From contig NC_087251.1 in NCBI RefSeq assembly GCF_037042905.1, forward strand, positions 20,462,001 through 20,526,000: a DNA stretch of 64,000 bases, written 5' to 3'. The notes under the pieces are model-generated. The model was not told the origin of the DNA. It made no database searches and worked only from the letters and a program-made list of their open reading frames with translations. The DNA comes from Lytechinus pictus (taxonomy: Eukaryota). Position 1 is the first letter of the stretch; each line of letters begins with the position of its first letter. Positions 12,301 through 25,800 of the stretch are shown here, piece after piece. The position numbers and the translations under genes were made by a program.

Positions 12301-15300
12301 CAAACCTTTCGCATATTGAGTTATATTTGTATTTTCCACCTGTCCATGATCTTGTCATCCAAATTTTTATTTTTTTGTGAATTAGATATTATTTGGTTGC
12401 CATGGCAATAGCATTAGATTTTATTTAAACAATTTGCATCAAACATATCTATGTTTAACACACTAAGATTGGGGGAAATGCAAGAAAAACCAGATTCTAT
12501 AGTCCTTTTTTAATAAAAACTGGTACTAAATGATCCGTTGCTATGGCAACAGGCAATTTGCAACATTGATATTTATCGTTGAATTCAAGTATTACCAAGG
12601 CAACATCAATCTGTATCATTCCAATTAGTTCATGCAGAATACTCACTGTATTATTTCCCCTAAATTAATTGAGTAGGTCAAACCTTATGCATATACATAA
12701 GTTAATTTTCATTGTACTTTTCACCTATCCATAACCTTGTCATCCCTGCTGTTGTTTTTTAAATGAGATGTTATCTGGTTGCCATGGCAATGGCTTAAGA
12801 TGTTATATTTATAAATGTAGTCACAATCATATTTTGATTAGTTCCTTAAAAATATTGAAAATGGAATGATGATCATACATGTATTCTATATTTTTATCAA
12901 TATTTTTACCTTTCTAGAGGGAAATAAACTGTTGCCATGGCAACGGGATCTTTGCAACATTCGTTTTTTTTATTTAATTCAAGCATTACCAAGGCAACAT
13001 AATGTTTTATCTTTATAAAGAACTCCTGCAGAACACATTCTGTATTTTTTGTTCAAATGAGGGGGTCAAAACTTAAGCATACAGATTAAGTCATTTCCAG
13101 TTGTATTTTCCACCTGTCGATTGTCTAGTTTACCATGTTATTTTTGTAAATTAGATGTTATTTGGTTGCCATGGCAATGGCTTGAGATGTAGTTTATACA
13201 TTGAGCAACCAAAATATCGTTGTTTTACACTGTAAAATTAGGGAAAATTAAAGATAAATCCTATTCTACAACGTTTTTTTAATCAGTTTTTTTTTTCTGG
13301 GGAAAAACAAGCCGTTGCCATGGCAACGGACCAATTGGAACTATCTTGTTAATTTTGAATGTTTCTAAATTTTATATATATTCAATTGGGAACTTGAAAA
13401 TTATAATTTTGGTCATCTATGTCATGTTTATTTACCATTTACATGGGAATGTATGTCATTTTTGAGAAATTAATCCGTTGCCATGGCAACGGCCGAAAAT
13501 GGCATTTTGAAATTTACCTCCCACCTTTAAAATAAATCTTACGGCATATACTAATACTTGTGAAAGTTTCATGCTTTAGTCAAAATTTGCACAATTGTTG
13601 TGATTTTTGGAGCTAATCCGCTCTACTATTAATGGGATGTCTGTTTAATATTGTTTGCTAATTGTAATGCCTAATTTTGTTTTGATTATTTTCATTCATT
13701 CGATACACACATGTAAATACTTTCAACTTTAAATATGAAATCCGCAATAAATTACTGTACAACGAGAAACGCTTTCGTAAGAGACGCTCATTGGCATGAT
13801 GGTCTTTTGAAAATATATCTAGAGTGGCGTAATGAGCAAAAAAAGGAAGAAAATGGCGTATCGGGCAATTCTTTTTTAAAGTTGCAAGCAAATGAAGCGA
13901 GCGAGCGAAAATATCGACATTTTTATTACAAAAGTCAAATTTTGTCATAGATATGAAACATTCATCCATCCGTAATGTAACGCCACTTTTCCCTTCCGTG
14001 GAAGGCACTAGCGTACCTACGGGGGGGGGGGGGGGCAGAGGGGCAGTCTGCCCCCCCCCCCCCCCTGACGAGCCACCACCCATTCAAAGCCACCACCCAT
14101 GCATGTATCCCTGCCCCCCCCTGACGAGCTTGAAATACCTTTTTGCCCCCCCCCCCCTGACGAAAATCCTGGAAAATCCTAGGTACGCCACTGGTGGAAG
14201 GCCACAACTACAATTCACGTTTTTTGTCTATCCTTTTGTTTAAGTCTTGATGGACGTGCTGGTGTGTGGAGTGAGGTCCATGTTCTTCAGTGGCTCAGAG
14301 ACCACGATCCTGCTCCTTGGTGTGCCCAGTGGATCACCGACAATGACAAGGAGAACGATTTCATCGACGCTGCTCCGGCTTGCCCATGCACGCTCTGGGT
14401 CGCAATGCTCGACTTTGCTCGGTTTCGGCGTGATCCTAAATGTTATCAAGGCTCTAGCAGGGAAGATAACTGTCAGTTCCGACCAGGAGCCGTTCATTGT
14501 GTTCGGGCCATCCAACACAGGTGATGCGAAAATCCAATGTCTTATTTGTTTTTATTTAAACAAGTGCACCAATCTAAAATGTGTCCAAAATATATCAGAT
14601 TATAGACTGCATTTAGATTACTGTAACGATGTCGGTAGCCCTTTTTTATATCAGTGTCTTTACTCAAGGTCAAATATCGCCAGCTAAGTAATCACAGGAG
14701 CCGAAGAGCTTCCCTGTAGGTGACAAAATATTCGCCAATAAATTACAAAAATATACTACTACAATATTCATATTTAATGTATAAGTTTCAAACAAATGCT
14801 GTTTTAGACGATATCAAAGTTTCTAAAGAATGGCATGTATAGCATAAAATAAATTAATGCAAATTTATTCCTGGATATATTTGTCGTGTATTTCAACAGT
14901 GGGTTTATTTCTTGTGGTACGTTGTGAAAACCTTGAACTTGCAGGTGGTGATAACCCAAAACCACAAAAAATTGTCAATTTCCTGACCTCCAACAACTCC
15001 AAACCTCTAACCTACTCTCTTTTGTTTCTTTTTGTGTTTGTCACATTGCTTCCCTCCCTCTATCAGTTTATCAATTGAGGATTATTTATTTTCTTTATTT
15101 TTCGCTTCTCCCTTTCTCCCCCCCCCCCCTTTGTTTGTCTCTTGCTTCGGGGAATGCCTTAACTTTTTTGCTATTCTTTTTTACAAATCCTTGTTGAATG
15201 TGGCAATGCACAGTTCATTGATGAATAGTTTAAGAGAATCAATTGTTATTACGTTCATTTGAATAACAATCATGTTTTTGACATTTACTGATGGCATGGT

Positions 15301-16780
15301 ACAGAATGAAAAGAGCGAATCAGGTCTTTAAAAAAAATTATACAGCAAGTTCATATTTATAAGAAAAAGATAAAGGACCGAATTGGGGGAATTCCCAAAA
15401 GACATGCTGGAAATGTAAGTCACGATGTCATCATTTGGAAATTCCATATACTTTAAATTATTATTAGTCGAAGTGGAAATATCACCAACGGAAAGAGATC
15501 AATTTGTTTGACCGACCAGTCTTGTCCGTAATTAACAATAAAAATGAAAAACCTGTAGCATGTTTAAATCTGTTTTTAATATGAAAATTGTGTTAATTTT
15601 TGATCAAGTTGTTTCATGTTATATTACCAGAATGTTGGTGGTGCCATTGGAATCCAGTTATGTAGTTTTTTTTTCGAGAATTTTGTTTAATATTTTGTTT
15701 TTTCCATGAATATAGCATATAAACTGTGTGAAAAATTTTCACGTAAACATATACGAAAATATTCGAAGATTGCGGAATGTTAGAATTATACAATTTTGAA
15801 AAGAATAGAAAATATTGAAGGACAAAAGCCTGAAAAAATATGTATACAAAGACAACTGCAACATACAATAAGTTATGAATAATGCTTATTGCTTATTGTT
15901 TCAACTCCTACATATAAAACAAATTAATATTGATGTAATTTAATATTCAAAAATCTTTATCATGAACTATGTTTGAAAATGATTCGATGAATATGTTTTC
16001 AATGATGTTATTAACATTTCTCATTTTCTTTGCATTCGTAATTAATTGTCTAACTGATGTCATAATAAACCTTCAACTCGGATATTATTTATTTCAGTGA
16101 GTTAGGTGGCGGGCAAGAATGCTGTTACGACAGTGACGGTAACATCAGTAACGCTCAAATATTCCAAGCAGGAGGAGGATTTGCTCACCGTTATCATCAC
16201 AACGGCATTCGTCCTTACATAAATGCAACGCAGGTAATCCTCAAACATGGCATAGATATGATAAACATAAGATCAAATGCGGGTGCCAAACAATCTACAA
16301 TCATATCACGAATTCCATAAATGATTATGCGTTTCATATTTAACACCTTTTTATCCAATAAAAAAAAAAACAGACTTTAATGTTGTATTTAACTCAGTTA
16401 TTTCTATCGCTTTAGGACAACAAAATTGTGTTCATTAACATACTAATCTTGATGTTTGTCTCAAGATCACTCCGCACCACTGTCTTTTAACTTAATGAAT
16501 TCGCAAACAATGGGCATTTATCATGAAAATATTTGAATTTAGACTATTTTCGTATCGGAACAGGTCCCCTTCCTGTCGCATTTTATGGCTGATGTTTTAC
16601 CGTGGACATACTGCTGCCACCTAGGAAATCAGGTCCCCGACGCAACTGATCTGAGCAGTGGGTGTCTCCAGTATACAGAGAGGAGGCCATCACAGCTCTG
16701 CAATCATTATGTACCCCCAAACCTCGGTAAGTGACATTAATGCCTTCATTCGTTTGCCATCATTCCTTCATTCATTCATT

Positions 16781-16829
<49 letters not shown>

Positions 16830-19800
16830 TGACTAGTAGTAGTAGTAGTAGTAGTAGTAGTTGACTAGTAGTAGTAGTAGTAGTAGTAGTAATAGTAGTA
16901 GTAGTAGTAGTAGTAGTAGTAGGTCATGGTAGTAGTAGTATTTAGTATAAAACCTTCATACTTGTATTTCAAGCATATTTTATGGTGTTTTAAGGGCTAA
17001 ATAATATTTCTTTCATTTTCAATTTTTATAAGCCATGTGCATGTCAATTATATTTATCTTTGCACACAGCATTGGGAAACGGCGACCCACACATCATTAC
17101 TCTGGACATGAAGAAATACACATTCAACGGACATGGTGAATTCATTCTTCTTAAGACCCTGGATGAATCGTTTGTTCTTCACACAAGAACTACACCACTT
17201 CAAGGTAATTTCTAATTGGTAAAATGAATGATGAACATATAACAAAATGCGAGCCCGGCACTGTTTGTAAGATAATGGGTGCCTTTGGAGATACTACGAA
17301 CCAAAAATAAATTGTAATTATGATGTTTGATTAACCTCTATATTGAATTAAAATCCTTTGTCGTCCTGTTTAGAGATTTTTTTTTTATCATTGCAGATGT
17401 GAACGCGACAGTTTTTGTAGCCGTTGCCGCCCAGTGTAATGATAGTGACGTCATCCATGTTGAGATTAATGAAGAAAGGGTCATGGATGCATACGTTCGT
17501 CCTCAGCAGGGTGGTGACTTCGAACGGATTGATTTTGAGCAGGCGACAGCTAGGAATTATGAAGGTACTAAAACATTTTTCACTCACTTTAGACCATGAG
17601 CATATTTTTTTTAAACTTGTCTTTTTATGTCAGTATCTCTGTATTGCCTCACTAATTATTGTTTTTAGGTCCATAGCCAATCATTTAACATATTGATTAT
17701 GGGTTTCACATTGATATTCAATTAATATTCACTTGGGCCTTTCAAACATTAACGATATACTGTTAAAAGTTCGTAATTTTCTTTTTTGTAATCTTTTGTT
17801 ACGTTTGGTTGTTTTCATACATTTATTAGGTTTTTTCGTATATCAATTCCTTCACTTGAGTATACAATTCAATAATCGGTTGTAACTATTTGGTAATCTT
17901 TTCAAAGTTTATTCCCAATGCAGATGACAATGCCTCTCGTTCCCTAAAATCATCATGAAAAATCTCAAACCTAGTTTATTTTGTTAGCTACATGTAGTTT
18001 ATTTGTTATCTCTTTGTCAAGGTGTATCTGTCATAGGTCTCAATATATCGTCCAATGGTATACTTGTGGCCTTCGAGGGTGGCTCAGGTTTAAAACTCAT
18101 GGCTGCTGAGGGTGCCCTCATCATTCAGTTGGTGCCTCATCCCTCATTCAGGGAGCAGACACGTGGTCTGATGGGCACTTGGACTGATGACGTCAGTGAT
18201 GACTTCATGACGCCGGATGGGACTGTCTTGTCACCTAACTCATCGACGGAAGAAATATACTTTCAGTTTGGACTCAAATGTAAGACAACTTTTTATTATT
18301 ATAATATATCATATCATATTATATTATTTCATATTTTGCTACCTGATGTTAAAAATATATATTCATACTATGATTCATACTACAATGGTAGAAGTAATAG
18401 TAGAAAGGGCAATGGTAATATCAGAAACAGGGTAAGTCGTAATTATATTGTGAGTTCAGAATAATTTCCTTAATGAAATAACGAAATATGATAATAAATA
18501 GGGTGAACTTTTTCACCTATAATAAATATAAATGTTGCATATGTATGTATCTGATATGCATATATGTATATGCATCTCACAATTGACCTTATGATAAACT
18601 AAGGAAGTTATTCGAGCCAGTGGAATAATATTATTTGACTGTAGGTGCACAGTATAGAACTTTTTAGTAGTTTTGGCATTGATCAATTATGTTGCATTAC
18701 ATTGCAGATTTACCGTTTTATATATGTTCTTTTTCAGGGAACGTCTCTGAGGATAATTCATTGCTCTACTATCCGGAGGGAATAAATCAGAATAATACTT
18801 CAGACTTGAATTACGTACCAATGTTTGAAGCTACAGCTAACCCTAACATTAACCAAAGCCTTGTCCAAGATATCTGCAATGGCGATGAGTTCTGCATCTT
18901 TGATCTGCAAGTTACCGGGAGTATCAGCTTTGCTCAAAGTACAGCCAATTCGCTGCAGGAATTCCAGGAGGCCCAAGAAGCATTCAATATAGGTAAGAAA
19001 TATTAAATCCCAAGCTAGCTTATTTTATCCATTGATTACCTTTGACGTTGTTCGTTAATTTTCTGTTCATTGGTGGTAGGGCACCTTTAGTCACGACGGC
19101 TCATTTATTCACAAATACCTTAAATGTCAATTTAAACCAAATTTTCCACACAAAGTCCACATCCATTTGTGTTCTTTGAAATAGTCGCTGAAAAACCCAA
19201 ACATTATAGTCACCCTTTTCTGTCCAATTTATTAGTTTTTATATTTCCATTTCACGTTGTAATGATTCCCTTAATAGTGTATGTAATTGGATAGATCAAG
19301 ACATACTCTTCATGGTGAATTTGAGACTGAAGGAGTGTGGCCCGTTGAATCAGATACCTTATTTTCTGTTCAGCTACCTCATTTCTGATTAGCCGAGTAC
19401 TGATTCTTAAAATACATTGGATGCAGAACTTCCATTGGTATCAGCATGCCCGGATCAATTAGAAAGAGTGTCCTCTAATCGTTTACCTCTCCTCATGCCT
19501 GTTGTATTACTTTCTTTACAGTGACATGTCCTACTCTTGGTACACCTGACCTTGGGAATGCTATCATCAGTAGATACACCCCTGGAGGTGAAGCGAACTA
19601 CACGTGTATTGAAGGCTATCTGATCAGTGATGATGCCACAATAATGTGTCAATCAGATGGATCATGGAGTAATGATGTCATTCCACGTTGTATTGGTAGG
19701 TTTATTATGTAATATCTGATCATAGCATCTCGGGCATAGCATAGCGAGTTTATCATACCGTTCCCATCAGTCACATGCATTGTCAGTGTTAAGTGTTTGA

Positions 19801-22800
19801 TTTTGTTAGCAATGTTGTCATAAGGTCATGCCCACCAAATCCTTTGATAAGCTTAAACTTGAAAGATAAAGCTGGGTTGCTATTAAAGCACTGGGAAGGT
19901 TTTCAATTGATCATAGCAACTTCAACATTATTAAAAGGTAGGCTATTTTGAATATTGTAAGTGCAATCCGTAGTGTAGACGATGATGAAATTAGTACTTT
20001 AGCAAAAATAACATCACATTATATTTTATTTGTATCTCACTATATTCCGGGGTATTTTTTTATTCTTCATTGTGGACATTAATTATGAGAGCTGTAATTG
20101 CCAATTCAATAATTTATCTGTGGCATAATTCTAACAGTTGATGCTTTGCTCTTGTTTTATACTTAGATAATGTGAAACCTCGCGTTACTTGTCCCGGTAT
20201 TACATCAAATACAACACTACAAGGACAACCTAGAGGGATTGTCTTCTGGCAGGAACCAACGGTGGAGGAAAATTCAGACAACTACACCGTTTCCTTGGTG
20301 GGTTCTGTTTTCAATGGTGGAGACTTTCCCATCGGCTTATCAAACATTACCTACGTGGTGACAGATGCTGCTGGACTCAACGATACATGCACGTTCATAG
20401 TAAATGTAACAGGTACGTATGACGCGTATGATAACGCCTACTTGTCTGTGAACAAGTTCTCATTAGTGCGAAAAAAAACTCTGTTAATTTTTATGAAAAC
20501 TTATATAATTTGTATTATTGTGTATTGCGGTTTCTTAAGTGCCCATTCCAAGAAACTTATATGGGCATGAAAAATTGTGGAAATACCTCAGTATTACAGA
20601 AGCCAACAAATGAAGACCAAATATATATATTTACACACGAACCAGAGATAGGACACTCTGAGTTCTCTAAAAAAAAATCGATGAACTTAATTAGAATAAC
20701 GGCATTTTTAGTTTTCTTACAAATGTAATTGTAGTCAAATGAACTGAGACAAAGCATACTCATGAAAGTTTATTATGTATGCATGTCCAAAATTCTGTTC
20801 AGACAATGAAGATCCAACGATCCAATGTCCAAACTCGATCGTTACCAAGACAGCACCCTCTCTAGACTCTGCAGAGATCATCTGGCCTCTCCTTAATGCA
20901 TCTGACAATTCTGGCATGGAGGTTACAATCACACCTAATGGGGAAAATAGGAATGGGACTAACTTCAAAATCGGTGCAGAATTGATCTCCTATATCGCAA
21001 TGGATTCATCTGGAAATACTGTGGAGTGTTCATTTTGGGTCAACGTTACAGGTAATGAAAATAATATTTTATAGTAAATTTATTGATCACAAAACTGACT
21101 TTATCTGTTTATACACTGTGTAATGTAAAATGGACAAAGGTTTTGAATGTTGCTAAGATTAAATAAAATCAAGAGATTTAATTTAGGGGTAAATTTAACC
21201 ACGGATACAATTTTTAAGAAGTAGATTGCCCATGAAGGTTCGAAAAATCTGAGTAAATTTGCTGAGACATTTCTTTTTGGTATTGCACTTTATTGACTCG
21301 CCGCAGTATTCTGATGTCTATAATGAAAAGTTTAACAATAAAAGCGCAGAATGAAAATACTATTTCTGACGAAAATTCCCCGTGAGCCAACATTCGCTCA
21401 ATCATTTAACCATCAAGCAATGAAAGTAACTTGGTATGGAATTGATTTATTTCATATTTCAGACATGGAACAGCCTATGATCACATGTCCAGTTATACCC
21501 ACGCTACCAACGGAAGAAGGTCAATCTTACGCCAAGGTTTCCTGGGAAGAGCCATCCGTTTCCAATGGCACCATCACTGATAATTCTGGATCAGCTCAGC
21601 CCAAATTTCTTGGTCCCGGGAGTAATGGAGGAAACTTTGAAATCGGGATTCATGTCTTGACATATTTGGTTACAGATGAAGCAGGCAATTCCAATAACTG
21701 TACATTCTTGATTAATGTCATAGGTAAGAAAGATATACCCGAGTGTTTTAATACAGTCATGACATTTATTCATAAAATGTACTGGGACGAATTCGAAATA
21801 ACCTTTCTTGCTAGACCTTACACATTTGATGATAGTATTTCTTGTTCTGTCACTTCGCAATGATAACACTAATGTTGTCCTTGTTCATTACCAGTTTGAT
21901 GATGGAAAATATTGGCCCCTTTTTTCCCATTTATTAAGTCGATTGAGTGGTAGAAATCATTAAATTCATCAGCTATTATTCTGTATAAACTTTTTTATCT
22001 TAGATACCGAAAAACCACGAATCACCTGTCCAAACGTGACGTCAAACACCACACTTCATCAGCGATCCGTTGGAATGGTGTCTTGGATGGAACCAACCGT
22101 TGAGGACAACTCAGGCATATTCAACATTTCCCTGATCGAACCTGCTTCCAATGGAGGAGAATACCCGATTGGCGTTTCAAACATTACCTATGTCATAACC
22201 GACGATGTCGGGTTGATGGATTCCTGCACCTTTTCTGTAGTTGTGATAGGTTTGTAAATTTGTAATTCTATATTCTAGGTAAAGATGTGAATAGGTTTTC
22301 GAAAATTTTCAATCGAAGTGTTCGACTAATGGTATGTTATTTTCAGATTATTATCAGAGATAAATGTTAACTTCATCATATTTATTCAAATGTCTGACTT
22401 GTAATAAGAGCAACATACCAAAGTGAAATGCAGATTGAAAATATTATTCTAATACTCATATATCGAATATTATTATAATACTCCTATATCGTAATTTCAA
22501 TTATAATATTGTGTATTTCGATTTCTCAAGTGCCCTTTCCAAGAAACCTATATGGGCATGAAAAATGTGGAAACCAACAAATGAGGACCAAATATATATA
22601 TATTTACATACGAATCAGAAATAGGATACTCTGATTTTTCTATAAAAAAATCGATGAAGTTAATTAGAAAAATGTAATTTTTAGTATTCTTTCAAATGTA
22701 AATAATATAGTCAAATGAATTGAGACGAAGCATACTCACGAAAGTTCATTATGTATGCATGTCTAAAATTCTGTTCAGACAATGAAGATCCAACGATCCA

Positions 22801-25800
22801 ATGTCCAAACTCAATCGTTACCAAGACAGCACCCTCTCTAGACTCTGCAGAGATCATCTGGCCTCTCCTTAATGCATCTGACAATTCTGGCGTGGAGGTT
22901 ACCATCACAGCTAGTGGGGAGAACAGGAATGGGACTAACTTCACAATCGGTGCAGAGTTGATCTCCTATATCGCAATGGATTCATCTGGAAATACTGTGG
23001 AGTGTTCATTTTGGGTCAACGTTACAGGTAATGAAAACAATATTTTATAGTAAATTCATCGATCACAAAAGTTACTTTATCTGTTTATACTCTGTGTAAT
23101 GTAAAAAATGTAAGATGGGTAAAGGTTTTGACTGTTGCTTAAAACTGTTGCTAAGATAAAATACAATCAAGAGAGAGAGAGAGAGATGTAATTTAGGGGT
23201 GAATTTAATCAGGGAGAGACTTTTAAAGAAGTAGATTATCAATGATTATCCATGAGGGTTCGAAAAGTCTGAGTAAATTTGCTGCGACATTTCTTCTGGT
23301 GTTGCACTTTATTGACTCGCCGCAGTATTCTGCTGTCTATAATGAAAAGTTTAACAATAAAGGCGCAGAATGAAAATACTATTACTGACGAAAATTTCTT
23401 GAGAGCCAACATTCGCTCAATCATTTCACCATCAAGCAATGAAAGTAACTTGGTATGGAATTGATTTATTTCATATTTCAGACATGGAACAGCCCATGAT
23501 CACATGTCCAGTTATACCCACACTACCAACCAAGGAAGGTGAATCTTACGCAAATGTTTCCTGGGAAGAGCCGTCCATCTACAATGGAACCATCACTGAT
23601 AATTCTGGATCAGCTCAGCCCAAATTTCTCGGTCCCGGGAGTAATGGAGGAAACTTTGAAATCGGGATTCATGTCTTGACATATTTGGTTACAGATGAAG
23701 CAGGCAATTCCAATAACTGTACATTCTTGATTGATGTCATAGGTAAGAAAGATATACCCGAGTGTTTTAATACAGTCGTGACATTTATCCATAACATGTA
23801 TTCGGGCGAATTCGAAATAACCATTCTTGCTAGACCTTACACAATTACTGATAATATTTCTTGTTCTGTCACTTCTCAATGATAACACTAATGTTGTCCT
23901 TGTTCATTACCAGTTTAATGATGGAAAATATTGGCCCCTCTTTTCCATTTATCCAGTCGATGAAATGGTAGACGTCGTTAACTTCATCATCATCAACCTT
24001 TATTCTGTAACCTTTTTTTTATCTTAGATATCGAAAAACCTCGAATCACCTGTCCAAACGTGACGTCAAACACCACACTTCATCAGCGATCCGTTGGAAT
24101 GGTATCTTGGATGGAACCAACCGTTGAGGAAAACTCAGGCATATTCAACATTTCCTTGATCGAGCCTGCTTCCAATGGAGGGGAATACCCAATTGGCGTT
24201 TCAAATATTACTTATGTCGTAACCGACGATGTCGGGTTGATGGATTCTTGCACTTTTTCTGTAGTTGTGATAGGTTTGTGATTTGTAATTCTATGTTCTA
24301 GGTTAAGATGTTAATAGATTTTCGAAGATTTTTAATCGAATGGTTTGACTGATGGTACATTATTTTTCAGATACAAACGTTAATTTCATCATATATATTT
24401 ATTTGGCTGACCTGTAATAACAGCAACATACCGTAGTGAAATGTAGATGAAAAGCATTATTGCATTATTCTTATATTGCCATTTCAAACATATAATTCTT
24501 GATATAAACAAGTGTTTGGGACTGCAAAATCGTAAAATAGCCGTAAAAACGGACATACTGAAGCTTTTCGACATGCACTCATCGGAGAAAATTTTACTCC
24601 GATGAGTGCATGTCGAAAAGCTTCAGTATGTCCGTTTTTAAGGCTATTTTACGATCCTTTATATGCCATTTCTCTTCAATATTGAATAAAAAAAGAAATC
24701 GATGATTTAGGAACGTTAATTTGCTCATTTATTCAAGATTGATGATTTTGATACCTGTCGTCAGGATATTCTAGAGCAAGATGTGGACATTCACGAAAGC
24801 TACCGAATCCGCCCATGCCTTGTAAACCCAGTGTAGACCAGCGTTCAGACCTTTAAGACGTCATACACATTTTGTTTTTTTTCCTGTCTAACTCAGTAAA
24901 ACATCATATAACGTCACCGTTGGTAATCTAAGCCAGCATTATCTTGTCTTTCATTTTCTGTATTTCCTTCTGCATCTTCTGTTTAAGATTGGGAATGTTT
25001 TCTTCGCTAGATTCAACGTTGTTGTCTTCTGCTGCTTTTTTATCAATCGTTTCCTTTTTTCGTTATCGCAGCAATATTCGTCTGGATATCGTCCAATTTC
25101 TGACAGTCTTTTGTTTAGAATTTGGTGAGTGTCTTATGCAGGTCACCGAGAGTGAGATTCGAATCCCCGGCCGGTTTTTACCGCTGCATGGGGAGGGCAT
25201 GGTCTGCTGTATTGTACTCCGGTCGTGCGGGGAACATGGGCGTTGTTTCTTTGAATCCATGTTTTCGGCAGATACGCCTTTGCTTCTCAAATTGTATAAT
25301 TTGGACATTAAAAACGAGAAAATGCTTGAAGGAATTACCAAGAATATGAATGTCAATGAATGTCAGTGTCTATAGTACGCCACCAATGTTTGGGAATGAT
25401 AACTCCAGATAAAACAGCTACAAACCCATCAGAAAGTGTGGTTTTCTGCGAGAGCTCACGAAACGGACACCTCACGCTAAGACGCCCATTTTTCTCATTA
25501 TTGTGTATTGCGGTTCCTTAATCACAATATCCAAGAAACATATCTGAGCATGATGGATCGTAGAAATATCACAGAAACCAACCAATGAAACCCAAATATT
25601 TATTTACACACGAATCAAAGAGACGACACTCCGAATTGTCTGACAAAATTGAAAAGCCTTCTGGCATCTATCTTTTTATGATAAGGATGATTTTAGTCAA
25701 ATAAAGTTTGTCGAATCTAGTCACTAATTTATGCATGTCCAAAATTATGTTCAGACAATGAAGATCCAACTATCCAATGTCCGAACTCAATCGTTACCAA

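Noticed and set aside
13658..14243. Gly/Pro-rich ORFs
   Set aside because: They derive from poly-G/poly-C tracts of the 188-bp MITE.
24944..25375. Overlapping ORFs in the 1-kb insertion as an additional gene or exon
   Set aside because: No recognisable domain, and the segment is absent from the paralogous intron.
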